Part shown: piece after piece, positions 9,377 to 19,394 of the stretch | Position numbering within the stretch: position 1 is the first letter of the stretch | Layout of the letters: every line of letters starts with the position of its first letter | Virus record (IMG/VR): IMGVR_UViG_3300047322_001016 | Reading direction: 5' to 3' (one strand) | DNA: 64,000 bases | Origin: an uncultured virus (IMG/VR IMGVR_UViG_3300047322_001016) | Taxonomy: Duplodnaviria > Heunggongvirae > Uroviricota > Caudoviricetes | Notes under the pieces: generated by a model | Seen by the model: the letters and a program-made list of their open reading frames with translations, nothing else | What the model was told of the DNA's origin: nothing | The model's database searches: none | Position numbers and translations under genes: made by a program

Positions 9377-10148
9377 GCCGTTCCGCACGGTTTTGTTTCC
9401 GGCCGTTCCGCACGCCCGGTTTCACCCCGTTGCCGCACGCCAGGGTTTCCCGGCGGGTTCCGCAGCTCCGCACGCCAGCCGCGCTCCAGCACGTCCCCCG
9501 GCAACCAACGCCCCGCACCCGCACCGCTCCCGCCCCACCCAAGCCACCACGCACCACACAACCCCCAAAGCATCCCGCACCACACAGGGGACAGCCGCGC
9601 GCACACGCGCACACCCGAACCAACCCAACCCTAGCCACACAAGCGGACACGAACACCGAAACAACCCGGCAACCCGCACCGTTACGCCAGAACACAACCC
9701 CGCAACCGACGAGACACCCAACCCGAAATTCGGCGCAGCGGCGCGGAGCGCGGCTGGTTCGGCTGAACCGGTCTAGACTCCGCACGTCTGGCACGGCGTG
9801 TACCGTGGTGGCACACTTCGGCACAGATTGGAGGGAAGCGATGTCTAGCTCTCGCGTTGTTGCGCACGTTCCTGAGTCCCTGCTTGCGAAGATCGACGCG
9901 TTGGCGGCTACCGAACGTCGGAGCCGTTCGGCGATGGTGGCGATTCTGATTGATGAGGGGTTGGCGCTCGAGTCCCGCACGTCTGCGAGCGCGGCCGATG
10001 CCGGACCCCGCACGTCCCGGCCTGCGGCGAGTCCCGGGCCTGTGGAGTCCCGGACCCCGGACGCTGCGGCCGTCGGCGAGTCCCGGGCGTCGGCGCCGGC
10101 GGCGAGCTCGGGGGCTGCCAGGCCCCGGAAGCTTGCGAGTCCCGCACG
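9377..10148 (+). repeat. co-oriented CCGCACG heptamer cluster (8 copies)
   Basis: copies near 9383, 9408, 9433, 9468, 9780, 9975, 10008, 10142. Confidence 0.6.
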
Positions 10149-10224
10149 GCCGAAGCCTGCGGGGGCCTGCCCGATGCGGGTGCCTCGCGGGTTGTTTTGC
10201 AAGACGTGCGGCAAGACTCACTGA
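9841..10224 (+). CDS. ribbon-helix-helix (CopG-like) protein with low-complexity linker and C-terminal Cys cluster
   Basis: VVAHVPESLLAKIDALAATERRSRSAMVAILIDEGL; RBS GGAGG. Confidence 0.75.
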   Translation: MSSSRVVAHVPESLLAKIDALAATERRSRSAMVAILIDEGLALESRTSASAADAGPRTSRPAASPGPVESRTPDAAAVGESRASAPAASSGAARPRKLASPARPKPAGACPMRVPRGLFCKTCGKTH

Positions 10225-10437
10225 CGCGGGGGTCCCGGGCCTGCCGGACCCCGGGGGCTGCCGGACGTCCGGGCGGCCAGGGCGGCCTGCTCGAGGTCCG
10301 CCAGGGCGGCCTGCTCCGGAATTCCGGAGCGCGGCCAGGACCACAAAAAAAGACCCCCCGGTTGGCTTTCGCCAACCGGGGGGTCGGTCCCGCTCACAGT
10401 GTCTCAGGATTGGTTAGAGGGTTCTACGGTGCTGCCG

Positions 10438-11340
10438 TTACTGCTTGCGTGCCTGCCTGCGTGCCGCTGCCGTCTCACGCTGCTCCCGGGCAGCTTCCTG
10501 CTGCTCGTTCCATTCCCGGGACAGCTGGCCGATGGCCAGGGCGAACACGGCCGAACCCTTGCCAACGCTCGGGTCCGTGGCCATCGCGGCAACCGCTGCC
10601 ACGAGGTCCTGAACCGCGACGATCTGCGCGGCTTCCATCCCTGAACACGTCTGGCTCAGGAGCGGCCAGTAGAGGTCCCGTGCCGCCAACTCAAGAGCGG
10701 TTTGAACCTTGGACGTGTCCTGCTTCTTGGGTGCCTTGGCCGCCTTGGGTGCGTGCTTCTCAATCGCCGCTTCCACACTGGCGATTGTTGCGCCCGGGGC
10801 GAGGTCCGCCAGGATGGCAGACACCGCGTCCGGATTCCGCTTCTCGGCGGCTTCCAAGACAGCGGCGTGCTTGATGCCGTCCACCTTGCCAGACTCAACC
10901 GCTGCAGGGTGAGCATCGGCGAACCGTGCCGCCTGCAGATACTGCCGTGTCGACGAGTAGTTCAGGCGGCAGGACTGGTCCGTCCAATCGTAGAACGAGA
11001 GGTCCGAAACGATGTCCTCGCCGCTCATTCCCTTCGCCGGGAACGGCAGGGTGCTGGGCTTCCCATCCTCGCCGATGAACAGCGGCTCGGCGGCCAAGAG
11101 CGCTGCAGCGATCTGCAGCTGGATCTTGGCTTCCTTGCCACGGTAGGAGAGGATCTTGCCTGCCAGGGCGGTAGCCTTGGCAACCCTCTGCGCGACCGAC
11201 AGCCGCCGCTTGGGTGTTGCGCCGATCTCGTCTGCCGACTTGCCATCGCTGGCAGGCACGGGCACCGGGACCGGCTGTCCCGACTCGTCTGCGTTCAGTT
11301 CGGACGTGGACGTGCGCGGGTTCTTTGTTGAAGCTGTCAT
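10438..11340 (-). CDS. hypothetical protein (300 aa)
   Basis: long Ala/Lys-rich ORF with RBS after the palindrome. Confidence 0.7.
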   Translation of the reverse strand: MTASTKNPRTSTSELNADESGQPVPVPVPASDGKSADEIGATPKRRLSVAQRVAKATALAGKILSYRGKEAKIQLQIAAALLAAEPLFIGEDGKPSTLPFPAKGMSGEDIVSDLSFYDWTDQSCRLNYSSTRQYLQAARFADAHPAAVESGKVDGIKHAAVLEAAEKRNPDAVSAILADLAPGATIASVEAAIEKHAPKAAKAPKKQDTSKVQTALELAARDLYWPLLSQTCSGMEAAQIVAVQDLVAAVAAMATDPSVGKGSAVFALAIGQLSREWNEQQEAAREQRETAAARRQARKQ

Positions 11341-11579
11341 TTGTTCGTCTCTCTTTCTGGTTGCTCCGGAATTCCGGAGCGGGAAGGAGAGACACTGTGA
11401 GCGGGTCAGTCACCCTACTCGGGGACCGAACACAAGGGAGAGCAGTACGCTGCTACGGACTCCCTCAGTGCAGACGATCCAGCCTCTAACCCTGCTGGCG
11501 GAGGGTAGGCACACTGGCCGCCGCTCCGATCTGTCACTCACCAACCAGTCTATAGATGCCTGCCACGAAACGCAAGAAA

Positions 11580-11716
11580 GCTGGCAGGCCGTCAAGCGGC
11601 GGCAGGAGCGGCCAGGAGCGCGGCGGCAGGCAGGCGGCAGGCGGCAGGCAGGAGCGCGGCCAGGAGCGCGGCAGGAGCGCGGCCAGGGCGGCAGGCAGGC
11701 AGGCAGGCGGCCAGGG
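11580..11716 (+). repeat. low-complexity GGCAGG/GGCCAGGAGCGC tandem tract
   Basis: nearly T-free run of GCAGG units. Confidence 0.8.
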
Positions 11717-11761
11717 TCACTCCGGAATTCCGGAGCGGCAACCGGCAACTACAGATCGGTA

Positions 11762-11805
11762 GGACCCGATGCATCGGACCCGATGCATCGGACCCGATGC
11801 ATCGG
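11762..11805 (+). repeat. 3x 14-bp tandem repeat GGACCCGATGCATC
   Basis: exact tandem copies, creating three CCGATGCATCGG palindromes. Confidence 0.9.
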
Positions 11806-12555
11806 CCTGCATAGGACAATTCTTAGCGGTGCCCACCGACGAGGCCCCCCCAACGGCGCCGCGCGCAGGCCTGGTTGGTGTGTGTGCATGTTTTTGGCGG
11901 GTGGGTATATACTTGGCTGATGGTGCGGAGCTTGCGGTGTAGGTTGTTGGGGCATCCTGTGGGGTGTGTGTCGGGAGCGTGGGCATGTGGATGCTGGCGC
12001 GGTTCCGCGGCCTGCGGTGGCTGAGCGTTTGGAGGTTTCGCCTGTGGCTGTGAGGGAGTCGCGGGGGTTTCAGGGGTGGCGGCGGTGGTGAGCTACGCGA
12101 CGGTGCAGGCTCCGGCGTGGATGGTGAGGATGATGGAGCGGCGTGCGGCGGCCAGGCGGGCGCAACGACGGTTCGCTTCGCGAAGGGTGGGCCGGGCGTG
12201 AGTTGGTGTGCCGGCGGGTTCGTTCACCGCGGGTTTGGGGTGTGTGTGCTGGCGGGGGCGGCCGCTGTTGGCTGCGGCCGCATGTGGGGGTGAGCCTGTA
12301 AAACGGTTGCGCTTCGCGCAAAACATCCTGGGCGTCGTTTGGGGCGGCGGGCCTAGGGGGTTGGTGCGCCTCGTGGGGGGGTGGGGGGTGGGTTGCATTG
12401 GCAGAGGCCGTTGCATTGGCAGTTGTTGTCGTGTGCGAGGTACCAGGTGTGGGTGTTGGCGTGGGCGAGGGCGAGGTCTGGGTCGTCGGACAGGAACACG
12501 TCTAGTGGCACTGTGGGGTTGGGGTCGCCGTGTTTGCGGATGGGTGTTGGGTTGG

Positions 12556-12915
12556 TCATGTTTGCTTCCTGAGGGCGGCGCGAGCGACGTTCTTTGCTTC
12601 CCGTACTGGGGTGGGATGGTCGAAGCGCGGCTCATCCAATTGGGAACCGATCTTCTCCAGCGCTTCTCTGAGCCTGTCGCGTTCGGCCTCCGCTGCCGCA
12701 CGTTCATTCATCGCGTTGTGGAAGTCGATGTCGGCAGCCGCGCAAAGTCGCTCCAACTCGGCCTGCTGCGCCTCCCATTCTTCTACCTCGGCAAGAGCGG
12801 CGTGCCAGGCGTCCGTGTCGCGGTCGCCTATGCGTAGCGCTTCGCGTGTGGCCGTCATGCGGGCGGTGCGGTCGCGCAGCCCGCGGATCTCGTCTATCAC
12901 GGCTTGCTGTGTCAC
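12556..12915 (-). CDS. coiled-coil hypothetical protein
   Basis: RBS AAAGGAA, GTG start. Confidence 0.6.
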   Translation of the reverse strand: MTQQAVIDEIRGLRDRTARMTATREALRIGDRDTDAWHAALAEVEEWEAQQAELERLCAAADIDFHNAMNERAAAEAERDRLREALEKIGSQLDEPRFDHPTPVREAKNVARAALRKQT

Positions 12916-13319
12916 GCTGCTTCCTTTCGTTTCTGGTTGTGGCGGCGTTGTTTGCGGGCGGCGCTGCTGGCGGCGCGGCACAGGTCGCAGCGGCATCCGC
13001 GTCCGTACATCGCGGTCGTGCCGTGCTCGACGATCGTGACGTGCCGGCGGTGGCACGGGTCGCACAGTTTCGACTGGAACCTGTTGGAGACCGTGCCTCC
13101 GCATTCGGGGCAGACGCCCTTCACTTTGTTGCGGTAGTAGACGCGGTGCGCGTCGGTGCATGCGGGGCAGCGGCAACGATGGTTTTGGTATCCGTTTTCG
13201 GTGCCGTGCCGCCACGGCTCCCGGGGGTGCGGCACATACCGGGAGCGCATGTAGTGGGTTCGGCACAACCCCAGCGCACTGTGTTTTCGGTTGCAGCCGT
13301 CGACGGAACACACCCTCAT
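12912..13319 (-). CDS. Cys/His-rich Zn-binding protein
   Basis: CSVDGC...LCRTHY and two HGTxxxY...CRCxxC repeats typical of actinophage proteins. Confidence 0.7.
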   Translation of the reverse strand: MRVCSVDGCNRKHSALGLCRTHYMRSRYVPHPREPWRHGTENGYQNHRCRCPACTDAHRVYYRNKVKGVCPECGGTVSNRFQSKLCDPCHRRHVTIVEHGTTAMYGRGCRCDLCRAASSAARKQRRHNQKRKEAA

Positions 13320-13325
13320 CGAAAA

Positions 13326-13363
13326 CGAGTGTATACCCGACAACAGAAACGGGTATATACTCG
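13326..13363. promoter_or_regulatory. back-to-back GGTATA(T/C)ACT-type motifs (probable divergent leaderless promoters)
   Basis: CGAGTGTATACCCG and CGGGTATATACTCG, each 8-9 nt from the start codon of a divergent gene. Confidence 0.6.
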
Positions 13364-13370
13364 CGGGGCG

Positions 13371-13619
13371 GTGAGCGAATACCTTCAGGAGACGGAAGAC
13401 GGGCTGGGCAGGCTCGCCGGGATGCTGGAACGGAGGCTCCGCGGCACCGCGCCGCTCGTCTACGAACGCGGCGTCATGCCGGACAGCGTCAGCGTCTACG
13501 AGAACGTCGTCACGGTCGCGTTCGTGTACGCCAGCAGCGAGCTGCTCGAGTTCCAGATGACCGTCGAAGCGGCACGCCAGCTCCGCGACCGGCTCAACGG
13601 GATGCCTCTCGACGCATGA
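13371..13619 (+). CDS. hypothetical protein
   Basis: first gene of the plus-strand run. Confidence 0.6.
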   Translation: MSEYLQETEDGLGRLAGMLERRLRGTAPLVYERGVMPDSVSVYENVVTVAFVYASSELLEFQMTVEAARQLRDRLNGMPLDA

Positions 13620-13828
13620 CGACCCAAGGCTACGTCGACCCGACCACACCGGAAAGCATTCTGGCCAGGATCCTCGCGGAAGGGCAGGAAGTCAGCCTCC
13701 ACGAAAAGTTCCTGGACGTCAGGGCGCTGATCAAACTCGACGCCGACGAGCTCGAGTTGGTCTCGGAAATGATCGACGAGATCCGCGCGGAAGCCGACTA
13801 CCTGTCACGAGGGCCCGAAGAAGAATGA
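13616..13828 (+). CDS. hypothetical protein
   Basis: ATGA-coupled. Confidence 0.6.
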   Translation: MTTQGYVDPTTPESILARILAEGQEVSLHEKFLDVRALIKLDADELELVSEMIDEIRAEADYLSRGPEEE

Positions 13829-13859
13829 GCGTCGCCGTCCGCTGCGGGATCTTCGGACG

Positions 13860-14096
13860 ATGACCGAAGCCGAACTCGACGAGTACATCGCCGCATCCCT
13901 GAAAGACGGCTACACGATCGTGCAGCAAGGATCCGTCCTGAAGCCAGCCGAGGGCGTGTCGTTCAACGAACGCGTCGCCGGCTTCGACATCAAGCTGCTC
14001 GGCAGCTATGGGCCGCCGGACTGGCGGTCGAACTTCGACAACCTGCTGTGCGACACCGACCGACGCTGGGTCCACCTGCGAAGAGAACGACGATGA
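13860..14096 (+). CDS. hypothetical protein
   Basis: ORF in the coupled run. Confidence 0.6.
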   Translation: MTEAELDEYIAASLKDGYTIVQQGSVLKPAEGVSFNERVAGFDIKLLGSYGPPDWRSNFDNLLCDTDRRWVHLRRERR

Positions 14097-14290
14097 CGGA
14101 AATCCTGGTGGTCGTGATGATGCCCGACGGAATCAGGGCCGTCGTCAGCGAACCATGGGTGATCGACATCCACAAACGCGGCGGCGAGCTTTCCCAAGCA
14201 TCGTGGTTCGAAGCGACACGGATGGGATCCGACCAGAAGATGCAGATCAACCCGCGCTACATCGCCTACGCGTGGCTCGGCACGATTTGA
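14093..14290 (+). CDS. hypothetical protein
   Basis: ATGA-coupled. Confidence 0.55.
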   Translation: MTEILVVVMMPDGIRAVVSEPWVIDIHKRGGELSQASWFEATRMGSDQKMQINPRYIAYAWLGTI

Positions 14291-14322
14291 ACCGCACACC
14301 CGTTCGGCCTATACTCGCGCGT

Positions 14323-14565
14323 GTGGAAGGAAACCACCAGGGCCGGCTCAGCCGGGAACGCACCTACGAGTTCGTCGTCTCCTACATCGGCAAACACGGA
14401 TGGGCGCCAACCTACAGCGAAATCATGACGGGCACAGGCATCGGTTCGAAATCAACGGTGATGACGCACCTGCGTCGGCTCGAACTGGAAGGGAAACTCC
14501 GGGTCGGGAAGGAAGGAAAGGCGGCCGGGGCCCGCATGATCGCGCTACCGAAGCGAAACCGATGA
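14323..14565 (+). CDS. LexA-like winged-HTH DNA-binding protein (no peptidase domain)
   Basis: YIGKHGWAPTYSEIMTGTGIGSKSTVMTHLRRLELEGKL; TATACT 7 nt before GTG. Confidence 0.8.
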   Translation: MEGNHQGRLSRERTYEFVVSYIGKHGWAPTYSEIMTGTGIGSKSTVMTHLRRLELEGKLRVGKEGKAAGARMIALPKRNR

Positions 14566-14575
14566 CAGGCCGTCC

Positions 14576-14947
14576 ATGACACGCTGCCTCGTGTACGGCA
14601 CCCGCTTCTGCCCCGACCCGAAACTGATCACCGTCAACACGAAAACCGACCGGAAATACTTGGACAAGGTGATGGCCGAACACGCCAACTGTCCGCCGCG
14701 GAACTGGTTGTGCAGCAGCCCCCCGAAAGACCCGGGCGGCATGAGGACAGACCGGGCCCAGAAAAGCCGGGTCCTGGAACTCGCCGCGGAAGTGGCGCGG
14801 CTCGTCTGCGTCAACGACGCACAGTACGTCGACGACCCGCCTGTGCACCGTCGGCTCGACCACGCCGCGAACGAGCTCGGGCATCTACTCGGCCTGCCGG
14901 AACCCGAGTTCGCGACGGTTTGGCGTCACGATCGCAGCGAAACGTGA
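14576..14947 (+). CDS. hypothetical protein
   Basis: ORF coupled to the MTase. Confidence 0.55.
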   Translation: MTRCLVYGTRFCPDPKLITVNTKTDRKYLDKVMAEHANCPPRNWLCSSPPKDPGGMRTDRAQKSRVLELAAEVARLVCVNDAQYVDDPPVHRRLDHAANELGHLLGLPEPEFATVWRHDRSET

Positions 14948-16206
14948 AGCCGTACGTCGCCGACAGCGACTTCACTCTCTACAACGGCAACGCTCTCGAC
15001 GTTTTGGCCGCTTTCGAAGCGGAATCCGTCGACATGTGCGTCACGTCGCCACCGTATTGGGCGCTGCGCGAATACCACGGCGCCGACGGAACAGACTGGC
15101 CCGCCGTCACGTTCCAGCCGATGCCCGGCCTGGAACAGACGATCCCCGCGATGACGTGCGCGCTCGGCCTGGAGCCGACACCCGAAGCGTTCGTCGCGCA
15201 CATCGTCCTCATCTTCCGCCAGGTCAGGAGAGCACTCCGGAATTCCGGAACGCTGTGGCTGAACGTCGGCGACACGTTCGCGGGGAACCGCTCCTACCAG
15301 GTGCCCGACAGCAAACACAAGGACGTCGGCAACAAGCGCGGCATGACCGTCGGACGCCGCCGCGACGACCACGAAGTTCCCCGCTCCGACATGGTTGTCG
15401 CCGGGCTGAAAGGGAAAGACCTCGTCGGAATACCGTGGCGGCTCGCGTTCGCCCTCCAAGCAGACGGATGGTTTCTGCGGCTCGACATCGTCTGGAACAA
15501 GACGAACTGCATGCCCGAGTCCGTCGCCGACCGGCCAACGAAAGCCCACGAACACGTTTTTCTGCTGTCGAAGGCCCCGATCTACTGGTTCGACCAGGAA
15601 TCGTTGCGGGAACCGGCGGAATGGGCCCGTTGGGGCGACCAAACCGTGCCGAAATACGCCGGAACTCCTACCGCCAGCGGTTGGATGGAACCCAAGACGA
15701 AGGAAGAGCTGACCGCCAACACCGACCGCAACGGCCGCTCCGTCTGGACGTTCCCGACCGACTCGACGTCAGGCACCGGCGAGCACACCGCGGCGTTCCC
15801 GCGCGAGTTGCCCCGCCGCGCGATCGGCGCCGGCTGCCCACCCCAGGTGTGCCGAACGTGCGGCGAGCCGAGACGGCGGATCGTCGAGACCAGCGGCGGC
15901 CGCGACTGGCGCAACGACCGGATGGTCGACGCCGGGATCCCGGGTGAGCTGAACGGCGAAGGGTCGCTGAAGCGCGGCCGCTCGAAGGAAGGCCTGAACG
16001 ACACGAAGACCCGCACAGACCTCGGCTGGACGGACTGCGGCCACAACGACTTCCGGCCAGGGATCGTGCTCGATCCGTTCCTTGGCTCGGGCACAACGGC
16101 TCTTGTGGCTCGCGAACTCGGGCGGGACAGCGTCGGGATCGAAATGTCGGAGAGCTACTGCAAACTGATCGCGAAACGCACGTCGCAGCAGTCACTTTTG
16201 GCGTAA
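14944..16206 (+). CDS. DNA N4-C/N6-A methyltransferase (beta class)
   Basis: motif IV TSPPY precedes motif I VLDPFLGSGTT. Confidence 0.92.
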   Translation: MKPYVADSDFTLYNGNALDVLAAFEAESVDMCVTSPPYWALREYHGADGTDWPAVTFQPMPGLEQTIPAMTCALGLEPTPEAFVAHIVLIFRQVRRALRNSGTLWLNVGDTFAGNRSYQVPDSKHKDVGNKRGMTVGRRRDDHEVPRSDMVVAGLKGKDLVGIPWRLAFALQADGWFLRLDIVWNKTNCMPESVADRPTKAHEHVFLLSKAPIYWFDQESLREPAEWARWGDQTVPKYAGTPTASGWMEPKTKEELTANTDRNGRSVWTFPTDSTSGTGEHTAAFPRELPRRAIGAGCPPQVCRTCGEPRRRIVETSGGRDWRNDRMVDAGIPGELNGEGSLKRGRSKEGLNDTKTRTDLGWTDCGHNDFRPGIVLDPFLGSGTTALVARELGRDSVGIEMSESYCKLIAKRTSQQSLLA

Positions 16207-16257
16207 ACAGCGGTCTGAATCCGGAATTCCGGAACGAAACAGGTATATACTCGGCTG

Positions 16258-16548
16258 ATGCCACGAATCGACGGAGTCCAGAAGGGAACGAAAGGGTTGC
16301 GGCGGCGGATGCCTGACGCACCAGACATCGAAGAGCCAACGCCCGTGCTGCCGGACCTGCCGAAAGGAAGGCGGGCGCTGCCGCTCGAAGACTATGTCGC
16401 CGAAGCTGTTCGCGGCGCCAGGATCGCCGGCGAGCTGGCGTTGACGAAATCGAACGACGAAGACGTCGAGGCCCGCGTCAAAGCAGCCGAAGCCTACGCC
16501 CGCTGGCGCCACGGCGCCTACCTGGCAGGCCAGGTCGTGAGCCTGTAA
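16258..16548 (+). CDS. hypothetical protein
   Basis: GGTATATACT 6 nt before ATG. Confidence 0.6.
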   Translation: MPRIDGVQKGTKGLRRRMPDAPDIEEPTPVLPDLPKGRRALPLEDYVAEAVRGARIAGELALTKSNDEDVEARVKAAEAYARWRHGAYLAGQVVSL

Positions 16549-16567
16549 CCGCCTGAAGGGACGAGGG

Positions 16568-17263
16568 ATGTTCGAGCGATTCACGGAGCGCGCCCGCCAA
16601 GTCATCGTTCTCGCGCAGGACGAAGCGCGGGCGCTGAAACACAACTACATCGGCACCGAGCATCTGCTGCTGGGTTTGCTCCGGGAGGAAGAAGGAGTCG
16701 GATGCCGTGTTCTCGAGTCGCTCGACCTGACCGTCGGGGAAGTGCGAGGACGGATCGCGAAGGTCGTCGGCGAAGGCGAAAACGTGGAGACAGGACAGAT
16801 TCCGTTCACGCCACGCAGCAAAAAGGTGCTTGACATGTCTTTGCGGGAGGCTTTGTCGCTCGGACACAACTATGTCGGCACCGAACACATCCTTTTGGCG
16901 CTTGTGCGCGAAAACGAGGGTGTCGCCGCGCGCATCCTGAACGACTTCGACGTCGCCCCGCAGAAGATCCGCGACGAGACCGTCCGCATGCTGGGGCCTG
17001 TATCGGGGCTGATGCCTCCTTCAATGCGGGCGCCGGAGAAACCAGCCGACCACAAACCCGGCCTGGCCCTCGGGCAGCTGATCGAGCTCGTCGAGGCCGC
17101 ACAGGGAATCCTTCCCTTCGTCAGCCTGTCCACCGAAAACGCTCGGCCGTCGTCGCGTTCCTCGAAGACGGCCGAGCAGCTGCGCCGAGACGCGGACGAC
17201 GTCGACAAGAAAGACGAGGCAGTCAAGCGCTTCCGCAAGGCCATCCAACAGTTCCAGGGATGA
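16568..17263 (+). CDS. stand-alone ClpC N-terminal (double Clp_N) domain protein
   Basis: MFERFTERARQVIVLAQDEAR..HNYIGTEHLLLGL and second repeat HNYVGTEHILLAL; no AAA+ domain. Confidence 0.92.
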   Translation: MFERFTERARQVIVLAQDEARALKHNYIGTEHLLLGLLREEEGVGCRVLESLDLTVGEVRGRIAKVVGEGENVETGQIPFTPRSKKVLDMSLREALSLGHNYVGTEHILLALVRENEGVAARILNDFDVAPQKIRDETVRMLGPVSGLMPPSMRAPEKPADHKPGLALGQLIELVEAAQGILPFVSLSTENARPSSRSSKTAEQLRRDADDVDKKDEAVKRFRKAIQQFQG

Positions 17264-17527
17264 GGCAAACCGACAGGATATGGTGGTGGCCCGTCGGCCT
17301 CGGCCTTAAACGAAAAGAAGAACTCGTCAGGATGGGCGAACGAGTCCATGTTTGTCCGCAGGCTGTCACTTCCGAGCCGACAACACGTGACTCTCTCGAC
17401 CCGACATCGAGAAACAAATGCCGTTTCTGCGGCCAGGAGTTGCCGCCGATGTAGAAAACCCCATGTTTGCGTGTTGCATTCCATCCCAAATGGGTATATA
17501 CCGTAGGTGAACGAAGGGAGAAAGAAC

Positions 17528-17644
17528 ATGAAGGTGTTGCAGCGGCTCTGGTGCCGCATGTTCGGCCACGACTGGCAGGAAAGCGCATGGCAGGACGAAG
17601 GCGAACAGCTGGAAGAGTGCTCGCGCTGCGGTGAAGTCGGATGA
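17528..17644 (+). CDS. small DUF1660-like protein
   Basis: WCRMFGHDW...CSRCG. Confidence 0.6.
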   Translation: MKVLQRLWCRMFGHDWQESAWQDEGEQLEECSRCGEVG

Positions 17645-18150
17645 GCGAAGCACCCTATGATTCCCGGCCCGACACGCTCGAGCACATCGGCAAGGTCGCC
17701 GCAAACCTGCGTGCCGTCCGCGAGAACCTTTTGCAGCGAGCCGAAGAACACGACCAGTCGAAGCTCGTGTCACCGGAAGTGGAAGCGTTCGACGTCGCGA
17801 CGCCGAAGCTGCAGCATCTCGAGTACGGGTCGGACGAGTACAAGCAGTCGCTCAAAGACCTGGGCCCAGCGCTCGACCACCACTTGTCGCACAACCGCCA
17901 CCATCCCGAGTTCCACGACCAGGGGATCAGCGGGATGACGTTGCTCGACCTGATCGAGATGCTGTGCGACTGGAAGGCTGCCTCAGAGAGGATGCGTAAG
18001 CCGACCCCGTCTCCCGAAGGCCAGGCGCCTGTTCCGAAGTACGACAGCGATTTCGAGCGTTCCATCGACCTGAACCAGCAGCGGTTCGGCTACACCGACG
18101 AGCTCTGCTCGATTCTGAAGAACACGGCACGCGAACTCGGGTACATCTGA
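17641..18150 (+). CDS. DUF5662-like HD-related protein
   Basis: HDQSK...NRHHPE...MTLLDLIEMLCDW. Confidence 0.75.
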   Translation: MSEAPYDSRPDTLEHIGKVAANLRAVRENLLQRAEEHDQSKLVSPEVEAFDVATPKLQHLEYGSDEYKQSLKDLGPALDHHLSHNRHHPEFHDQGISGMTLLDLIEMLCDWKAASERMRKPTPSPEGQAPVPKYDSDFERSIDLNQQRFGYTDELCSILKNTARELGYI

Positions 18151-18359
18151 TGGACGCCTTGCTTAGCAAGCTGAAGATCGAAGACGTCCATCATGTGCTC
18201 GACGCTCTCGCGTCGTCGATGGACTGGGGATCGGGTTTCCTCGACGACGAGGACGTGGGCGCCTGGAACCGCGTCGCGGAAGCGACTGGATACCCGAAGG
18301 TCGCGGTGAAAAGTTACAAGCCGGACGGATATTTCATCTTGGAGGACCGCAAGCCGTGA
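18150..18359 (+). CDS. hypothetical protein
   Basis: TGATG-coupled. Confidence 0.6.
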   Translation: MDALLSKLKIEDVHHVLDALASSMDWGSGFLDDEDVGAWNRVAEATGYPKVAVKSYKPDGYFILEDRKP

Positions 18360-18559
18360 CGACGATCCGGTGGGACGGAGCCAACGTGGAGTTGAACGAA
18401 GACGAAGCCGAGTTCCTCGACGGGCTGAAGCGGCAGCACGAGGCCGGCGTGATCACGCAGACCGAGCTGGCGAATCAGGTGAAGACGCTGATGCGGCTGA
18501 AGACGGCGTTCGACGCCGAGATGCTCGACCCGCAGGCAGCGAAGGAGCTGGGTCTGTGA
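18356..18559 (+). CDS. hypothetical protein
   Basis: GTGA-coupled. Confidence 0.6.
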   Translation: MTTIRWDGANVELNEDEAEFLDGLKRQHEAGVITQTELANQVKTLMRLKTAFDAEMLDPQAAKELGL

Positions 18560-18792
18560 TCAGGCCAGGACGTGACGACATGATGGACGCAATCCTTGCC
18601 TGGGATGCGACAGCGACCAAGTACATCCTTGGCCGCACCGGATGGTGGAAGATCGACGCGATGACCCGGGTCTCGGAGGACTGGCTGGTAGTGGCCCTAG
18701 TTGATTCGGAAGGGGACCACTTCACGGTCGACATGCGGGTGGAGGATGTCCAACGCACAGTCGACACGTTCGAGACTCGGAAACGCTCATGA
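18556..18792 (+). CDS. hypothetical protein
   Basis: GTGA-coupled. Confidence 0.55.
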   Translation: MIRPGRDDMMDAILAWDATATKYILGRTGWWKIDAMTRVSEDWLVVALVDSEGDHFTVDMRVEDVQRTVDTFETRKRS

Positions 18793-19394
18793 TCACGGAG
18801 ACCGGGATCGCCCGTCCGAAGGAAACGCTTCCGCTTGGCCAACTGGTGCGGTTCCACCATCTCGCCTGCGAGATGCGGCTGCCGCAGGAAAACAAGAAGG
18901 GTCTGCTGATCGGATCCATTTTCGGCGATCCCGACGGCCGCCCGGAGTGGGTTCCCACCGGAGCCAGAAAAGGGTTTCAGCTTCCACGGTGGGACGGGCC
19001 TTTCCCAATGGATGACTTCGGGCACACGCCATTTCAGGCTCCGGCCAGGGTCAACAAGACGGTCGCGGTCTGGCCACAGGAAGGAACCGGGATCGTGGTG
19101 TCGATTGTCCGCAAAGGAATCGGCGAGTCGGTTTCCGGCTACGAGTCCGGCTACGAAACGCCCGAGTGGGAGCCGGGCTACTTCGTCGCGAAAGAGTGGG
19201 TGTGGCTGTACGTGATCAAACAGGGGATGGGCCGAATGGACGACTTTCTGCTGGCGCCGACCGACGCCGTCGCCGCTCTTCCCGACGCGCGCGTCAACCA
19301 GCTCGAGAAGGCGCTCCGCTGGCTGGGGCGCAACGACGCCGACGGATGGGTGCGAGAGAAAGTCCAGTCGGTTCTGCCGAAAGGAACACGATGA
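18789..19394 (+). CDS. hypothetical protein
   Basis: ATGA-coupled 201 aa ORF. Confidence 0.65.
   Translation: MITETGIARPKETLPLGQLVRFHHLACEMRLPQENKKGLLIGSIFGDPDGRPEWVPTGARKGFQLPRWDGPFPMDDFGHTPFQAPARVNKTVAVWPQEGTGIVVSIVRKGIGESVSGYESGYETPEWEPGYFVAKEWVWLYVIKQGMGRMDDFLLAPTDAVAALPDARVNQLEKALRWLGRNDADGWVREKVQSVLPKGTR

Noticed and set aside
816..11735. TCCGGA palindromes as a CRISPR array
   Set aside because: The repeat is only 14-16 bp, the spacing is irregular (about 190 to 1400 bp), the intervals contain whole genes, and there are no cas genes.
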